DNA from: Sulfolobales archaeon
GTDB lineage: Archaea > Thermoproteota > Thermoprotei_A > Sulfolobales > AG1
NCBI GenBank assembly: GCA_038867615.1
Contig: JAWBYA010000002.1
Location: 288,001-352,000, forward strand
Length of the DNA: 64,000 nt
Direction: 5' to 3'
This document shows positions 59,384 to 64,000 of the stretch, one piece after another. The first letter of the stretch is position 1. Each line of letters begins with the position of its first letter. Position numbers and translations under genes: made by a program. The notes below the pieces were generated by a model. It searched no databases, was not told the DNA's origin, and saw only the letters and a list, made by a program, of their open reading frames with translations.

Positions 59384-60616
59384 GTGGTTGAAGGTTTAAG
59401 GATAGATCCCGACAGGTTTCTCAGAACATTCGATCTATTCTCATCTATAGGCTGGGATAGTGAGAAGGGTATGCAGAGACTATCCCTTGACGAGAACGAT
59501 TTAAGGGCTAGAAGACTTTTGATAGAAATGCTTGGAAGCCTGGGCGCTTCGATAAAATACGATGAGGCTGGGAACATTATAGCCGAGATAGGTGATGGGA
59601 GAGAGACAATAGCCGTAGGATCACACCTAGACGCAGTACCAGGTGGCGGAAAATATGACGGAGCCCTAGGGGTTGTGACCGGCCTAGAAGTTCTTAGGAT
59701 AGTTAGAGAATCCGGTATAAAGCTTAAGCATAAGCTCTCATTGATAGACTTCACCAACGAGGAGGGGTCTAGGTGGACGCCCTCTTTAATGGGCTCAGGA
59801 TTATCAACAGGAGTCTATGATCCCGGCTACATATACAATAGAAAGGATCGGGATGGTATTAGCTTTGGAGAAGCCCTCGAAAGATCAGGGTTTAAGGGTG
59901 AGAGAACAAACAACCTAGCAAACAATCCTCCCAAGTACTACTTAGAACTCCACATAGAACAAGGACCAGAGCTCGACACAGAAGGTATTAAAATAGGGAT
60001 ACCTATGGGCATAGTAGCTATAACAGTATGGGAAGCCTCCTTCAAGGGTGAAAGCAACCATGCAGGGACAACACCGATGAGTGTTAGGAGAGATGCATTA
60101 GCAGGATTCGCAAAATTCGCCACAAGGGCTCGTGAATATGCCCTCAAAAACCAAGGCATCATTAGGATCACTATAGGTAAGATCAACATATATCCAGGCG
60201 TTCATAACGTTGTACCAGGGTTTGCTAGCTTCACAATAGAGGCCAGAAGCCCCGACCCCAAAGCCATAGAGAGGGCTGAGAAGTTCTTAAAAATAATCGG
60301 AGAAACGATAGCCGAGGAAGAAGGGCTCGAATTCGAGATTAAGAGAAGCTTCACACTAGATAGGATACATTTCAACGAAGAAGTAGTATCAACAATAGAA
60401 TCAGTATGCAGGGATCTGGGGCTGAGTTATAAGAAGATGTGGAGCTGGGCGGGTCATGATGCCCAAAACATGGCGAGGATCTCAAAGACTGGCATGATAT
60501 TCGTCCCATCTGTTGGTGGGAAGAGCCACTCTAAGGATGAATATACAAAAGACGAAGATCTGGTGAATGGTTTAAAAGTACTGCTAGAAACCGTGATCAG
60601 GCTTGATAGGATGTGA
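59384..60616 (+). CDS. Zn-dependent amidohydrolase (allantoate/N-carbamoyl-amino acid hydrolase, M20)
   Basis: GSHLDAVPGGGKYDG, NEEG.R, ELHIEQGP, NHAGTTPM, AGHDA, SH...E. Confidence 0.92.
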   Translation: MVEGLRIDPDRFLRTFDLFSSIGWDSEKGMQRLSLDENDLRARRLLIEMLGSLGASIKYDEAGNIIAEIGDGRETIAVGSHLDAVPGGGKYDGALGVVTGLEVLRIVRESGIKLKHKLSLIDFTNEEGSRWTPSLMGSGLSTGVYDPGYIYNRKDRDGISFGEALERSGFKGERTNNLANNPPKYYLELHIEQGPELDTEGIKIGIPMGIVAITVWEASFKGESNHAGTTPMSVRRDALAGFAKFATRAREYALKNQGIIRITIGKINIYPGVHNVVPGFASFTIEARSPDPKAIERAEKFLKIIGETIAEEEGLEFEIKRSFTLDRIHFNEEVVSTIESVCRDLGLSYKKMWSWAGHDAQNMARISKTGMIFVPSVGGKSHSKDEYTKDEDLVNGLKVLLETVIRLDRM

Positions 60617-60622
60617 TAGACG

Positions 60623-61882
60623 CTATGAGCCTTTGCTTGAGAGAATCAGCGGTAATAACGCGTAGATCTTGGAAGCAGATACCACATCCTCGATCTCTAT
60701 ATACTCATCCGGCGTGTGTGCTGCTCCAAGCACCCCTGGACCGTAGGTAGCCGCCTCGTAGCCTGCTGCGACATAGTATCTCATGTCAAGCCCCCCTATA
60801 CATACTATCTTTCTAGGTCTTGCCCCAAGAACAGTCTCAGACGCTTTTTCTATCGCGCCAAAGATCCTTGAGCCTGGATCTACCACTACAGGCTCCATTT
60901 TGTGAACAAGCCTAAGCTCCACATCAGCCCCTACCTTTCTAGCGGTATCCTCTATGAACTCCTTTATCTCTCTCCACGCATCCTCAATGCTCTCCTCAAC
61001 TATAAGCCTCCTATCAAAGCTGAACACAACCTCACCAGGGATCTGGTTTATCTTCTCGCCCCCCTTTAGATACCCACCAATCATGATTGTAGCCCTATTA
61101 CCCTCCTCAAGATCATATGTATACTTACTCCTCTTAGCCTCTATCCTTGGAACAAGCTCGTCAAACATCTTCCTAGCTATAAGGGTTGCCTTGTCAAAAG
61201 CATTCACACCAAGCCACGGAGTTGATCCATGGCCAGTCCTTCCCTTAACAACAACCTCACCCCATACAGCCCCCTTATGCCCTATATATATCTGCCCCAG
61301 ACCGCTGGGCTCTGCTATAACAACATATCTACTCCTAACCATGCCCTTCTCAACCACGTATCCCGTACCAGTTGATCCCCCGATCTCCTCGTCTGGGACG
61401 AATACGGCTTCAACACCTATGCCTAGGCGATCAGCGTTCTTAGATAATGATGCCATAGCAGTCGCTATAGCAGCTATGCCTCCCTTCATGTCTGTGGATC
61501 CTCTACCGTATAGTTTTCCATCAACGATCCTTGGCTTGAATGGTTCCGTAACACTCCAGCCAGGTCCTCCTGGGACTACATCGTAATGCCCATTGAAGTG
61601 GATAGCCACATTATCTCTGCTACCGATCCTCGCCAGCACTATATATCTAGCCCTCCCCCTACCCTCTTGAGGAACCCTAGGATCTACGTATTCCTGGGGA
61701 ACCTTGTGGATCTCTACAGAGACGCCCATGCTCTCTAGAAGCTCTTTAGAGACTCTTGCAAACTCCTCATAACCCTCACCCCAAGGAGAAACGGTAGGGA
61801 TCGACACTATCTCCCTTAGAAACCTCACTGCAAAATCCCTATAACTCTCAACATTCCCCACAACCAGGCCTGGATCTATCAT
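60623..61882 (-). CDS. M20 family metallopeptidase (ArgE/DapE-like)
   Basis: NGHYDVVP, YGRGSTDMKGG, DEEIG, AEPS, AHTPDE. Confidence 0.92.
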   Translation of the reverse strand: MIDPGLVVGNVESYRDFAVRFLREIVSIPTVSPWGEGYEEFARVSKELLESMGVSVEIHKVPQEYVDPRVPQEGRGRARYIVLARIGSRDNVAIHFNGHYDVVPGGPGWSVTEPFKPRIVDGKLYGRGSTDMKGGIAAIATAMASLSKNADRLGIGVEAVFVPDEEIGGSTGTGYVVEKGMVRSRYVVIAEPSGLGQIYIGHKGAVWGEVVVKGRTGHGSTPWLGVNAFDKATLIARKMFDELVPRIEAKRSKYTYDLEEGNRATIMIGGYLKGGEKINQIPGEVVFSFDRRLIVEESIEDAWREIKEFIEDTARKVGADVELRLVHKMEPVVVDPGSRIFGAIEKASETVLGARPRKIVCIGGLDMRYYVAAGYEAATYGPGVLGAAHTPDEYIEIEDVVSASKIYALLPLILSSKGS

Positions 61883-62162
61883 CCGCCAAACACACCAAGA
61901 TACAATTCTATAGAGGGCTTAATAGCTAGTAAAGATCCCTATCCATGGGTTCATGGCCTGTTTGCTTAAAGTTTTCCAGCTATTGAGAACTAATCAGTAT
62001 GGGCTTTATGAATCCTACCATGTGGAGAGCCCCCTAAACATGACTGTTCTAGGCTAAGAAAACATTGTAGTATCAATACAACCCATCAACCCTTCGGATC
62101 TCTATTAGCAATGTCTCTGTGTCTTTTAATATCTTCTCTAACGTATAGTCCTTGGGACTAGT

Positions 62163-63554
62163 ATGGAGCATGATCTTGATGTGCTATATAGACTGGTTAA
62201 ACATGCTGAATCCCTCGGCGCTAGTTATGCTGAGGCTAGGTTTCATAGATACTTATACGAGCTTGTGAGAGCAGATAATGGTTCCTTGAAAGACTACTCA
62301 GTGACAAGCAGGGCTGGGTTTGGCGTGAGGGTTCTCTACAACAATAGGGTTGGTTTCTCAGCAACCAATTCAACCAACATAGAGGATCTTACGTCAGCTG
62401 TCCAAAATGCTGTTGCTGCTGCAAAGGCTTCGAAGAAACAAGTCACCCTAGCCGAGAGACCCTATGTGAAAGGGAAGCGGATTCCCAACATACGTATAGA
62501 CCCATTCTCAGTACCTCCTGAGGAGAAGATCAGAATTGCTTTAGAGACTAACAGAGCTGGTCTAGAGGTTGAGGGGATAAGATCCTCTATAACTATGCTC
62601 GGGATCCAGAGGGATTTTAGATCGGTAGTTTCTAGCGATGCCGAGGTAACATGGGAGGTGGTGCTCGTAGGCATATCCCATACCAGCGTTGCTGGAGAGG
62701 CTGGCTCTATGGAGAGGCTCCATGATAGCCGCTCAATGGCGTCTGGATGGGAGTTCATTCAAAACAACGATTGGAAAAGCTTTGCTAGGGATATAAGCAT
62801 GACCGTTAAAAAAGCTCTGAAAGCCCCAACCCCTCCTCCTGGAAAGACGAGGGTTGTTATGGATCCAGACCTCGTAGGGCTATTGCTCCACGAAGCTTTT
62901 GGACATGCGTCGGAAGGGGATCTCGTCGCTTCAGGTACATCTATACTTAAGGATAAGGTTGGGGTGAGTGTCGCTTCTGAGATCGTTACCATAGTTGACG
63001 ACGGACTAGTCATGGGGGGATACCCAGTACCCTATGACGATGAGGGTAATCCTAAAGAGAGAACAGTGATTGTTGAGAAGGGCATGCTTAGGGGATATCT
63101 AACTGACAGAACCTCAGCATCGCTTCTAGGAGTAGGGGTCACTGGCAATGGACGGGCTCAGGACTTTGAGAGTGCTCCCATTGTTAGACAGACCAATATA
63201 TACATGGAACCTGGTGGGTGGAGCGTGGAGGAACAGATAAAAGAAGTAAGGAACGGGCTCTACCTATTAGGACGAGGGGCCGGCGGGGGTCAAGTTGATA
63301 CAGGGGCTGGTACGTTCACATTCTCTGCAGGGCCCTCGTACTTCATAAGAAACGGAGAGATCGGGGAGATGGTTAGGGGTGTGGTGATCTCTGGATATAT
63401 TTTGGAGACCTTAAAGAGTGTTGAGGCTGTCGGGAAGGATCTCAGGATCAGGACATCTGTATTCGGGGGTTGTGGAAAGAATGGACAGCTTGTGAGAGTT
63501 GGTGACGGAGGTCCCCACATAATGGTGAGAGAAATAATAGTTGGGGGGAGATAG
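62163..63554 (+). CDS. tldD: TldD family metalloprotease
   Basis: HEAFGH (HExxxH), DDEG, GNGRA, RQTN, GGCGKNGQ..VGDGGP. Confidence 0.93.
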   Translation: MEHDLDVLYRLVKHAESLGASYAEARFHRYLYELVRADNGSLKDYSVTSRAGFGVRVLYNNRVGFSATNSTNIEDLTSAVQNAVAAAKASKKQVTLAERPYVKGKRIPNIRIDPFSVPPEEKIRIALETNRAGLEVEGIRSSITMLGIQRDFRSVVSSDAEVTWEVVLVGISHTSVAGEAGSMERLHDSRSMASGWEFIQNNDWKSFARDISMTVKKALKAPTPPPGKTRVVMDPDLVGLLLHEAFGHASEGDLVASGTSILKDKVGVSVASEIVTIVDDGLVMGGYPVPYDDEGNPKERTVIVEKGMLRGYLTDRTSASLLGVGVTGNGRAQDFESAPIVRQTNIYMEPGGWSVEEQIKEVRNGLYLLGRGAGGGQVDTGAGTFTFSAGPSYFIRNGEIGEMVRGVVISGYILETLKSVEAVGKDLRIRTSVFGGCGKNGQLVRVGDGGPHIMVREIIVGGR

Positions 63555-63555
63555 G

Positions 63556-64000
63556 ATGACGAACCGTGTCGATATAGATATAGAGAAGATCTATAGGAGA
63601 GCGTTGGATCTCGGGGCTTCAGAAGCAGAAATCTATTACTCTGTCTCTAGAGATCTATCGCTTGACTTCTCGGAGGATATAGAGAGGGCCGAGGTTGTGG
63701 AATCGAAATCACTAGGGATACGAGTCTCTATCGGTAAGAAGGTTGCAGTAGTGGGGACACAGGATCTGAGCCTAGGATGTATAGAGAATACCGTGATAAA
63801 GGCCATATCTATAGCTAGGGCAGCACCCGAAGATCCTGGTTGGAGGGGCTTTAACGAGAAACTAGGCTCGGTTTCTAGTGAGGGTTTTGCTGATAAGGCT
63901 ACAGTTGGCATAGGTCTTGAAGAGCTTGCTGAGATCGCTGTAAGCACGATAGAGGGTGTTATGAGCTCGTCACCATCGACAAAGCCTGTTAGAGGATCCT
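63556..64000 (+). CDS. pmbA: PmbA/TldE family protein, 5' part (runs off the window)
   Basis: ATG 1 nt after the tldD stop. Translates MTNRVD..GASEAEIY..SLGIRV..GKK, matching the PmbA/TldD N-domain pattern. Confidence 0.8.
   Translation, partial: MTNRVDIDIEKIYRRALDLGASEAEIYYSVSRDLSLDFSEDIERAEVVESKSLGIRVSIGKKVAVVGTQDLSLGCIENTVIKAISIARAAPEDPGWRGFNEKLGSVSSEGFADKATVGIGLEELAEIAVSTIEGVMSSSPSTKPVRGS

Noticed and set aside
60954-61586. Long antisense ORFs (this one and e.g. 51064-51600, 22073-22555, 39462-39944, 11332-11880)
   Set aside because: Ser/Leu/Ile-rich shadows opposite well-supported genes, as expected from codon bias.

Overview
Archaeal chromosome segment. Gene content and style point to a thermophilic Thermoproteota/crenarchaeote: short aRF1 with NIKL, Fe-S-containing RpoD, rpl18e, FEN1, tRNA-Ile2 without encoded CCA. 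Most of the window is housekeeping: cdc48 (partial), XPB-type helicase, aRF1, the rps13-rps4-rps11-rpoD-rpl18e-rpl13-rps9-rpoN-rps2-MEMO1 operon, a peptide ABC importer without its ATPases, FEN1, stomatin/NfeD, an 11-subunit complex I-like operon (nuoABCDHIJK-M-L-N), glnA with a divergent Lrp, alaS, several peptidases and tldD/pmbA. The most notable unexplained structure is a dispersed non-coding repeat family. It has three 280-380 bp copies (5437-5717, 12391-12710, 27517-27896) and a 3'-end fragment (3083-3131). The copies share imperfect inverted ends, a conserved TATA-like block, modular hairpins and a fixed ATGAAGCCYGAAC end followed by unrelated sequence. I infer these are tnpB-deleted IS200/IS605-like elements that may still express omega-RNA-type guide scaffolds. 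GATC also appears strongly over-represented. All calls come from reading the sequence and the supplied ORF track; no searches were run.
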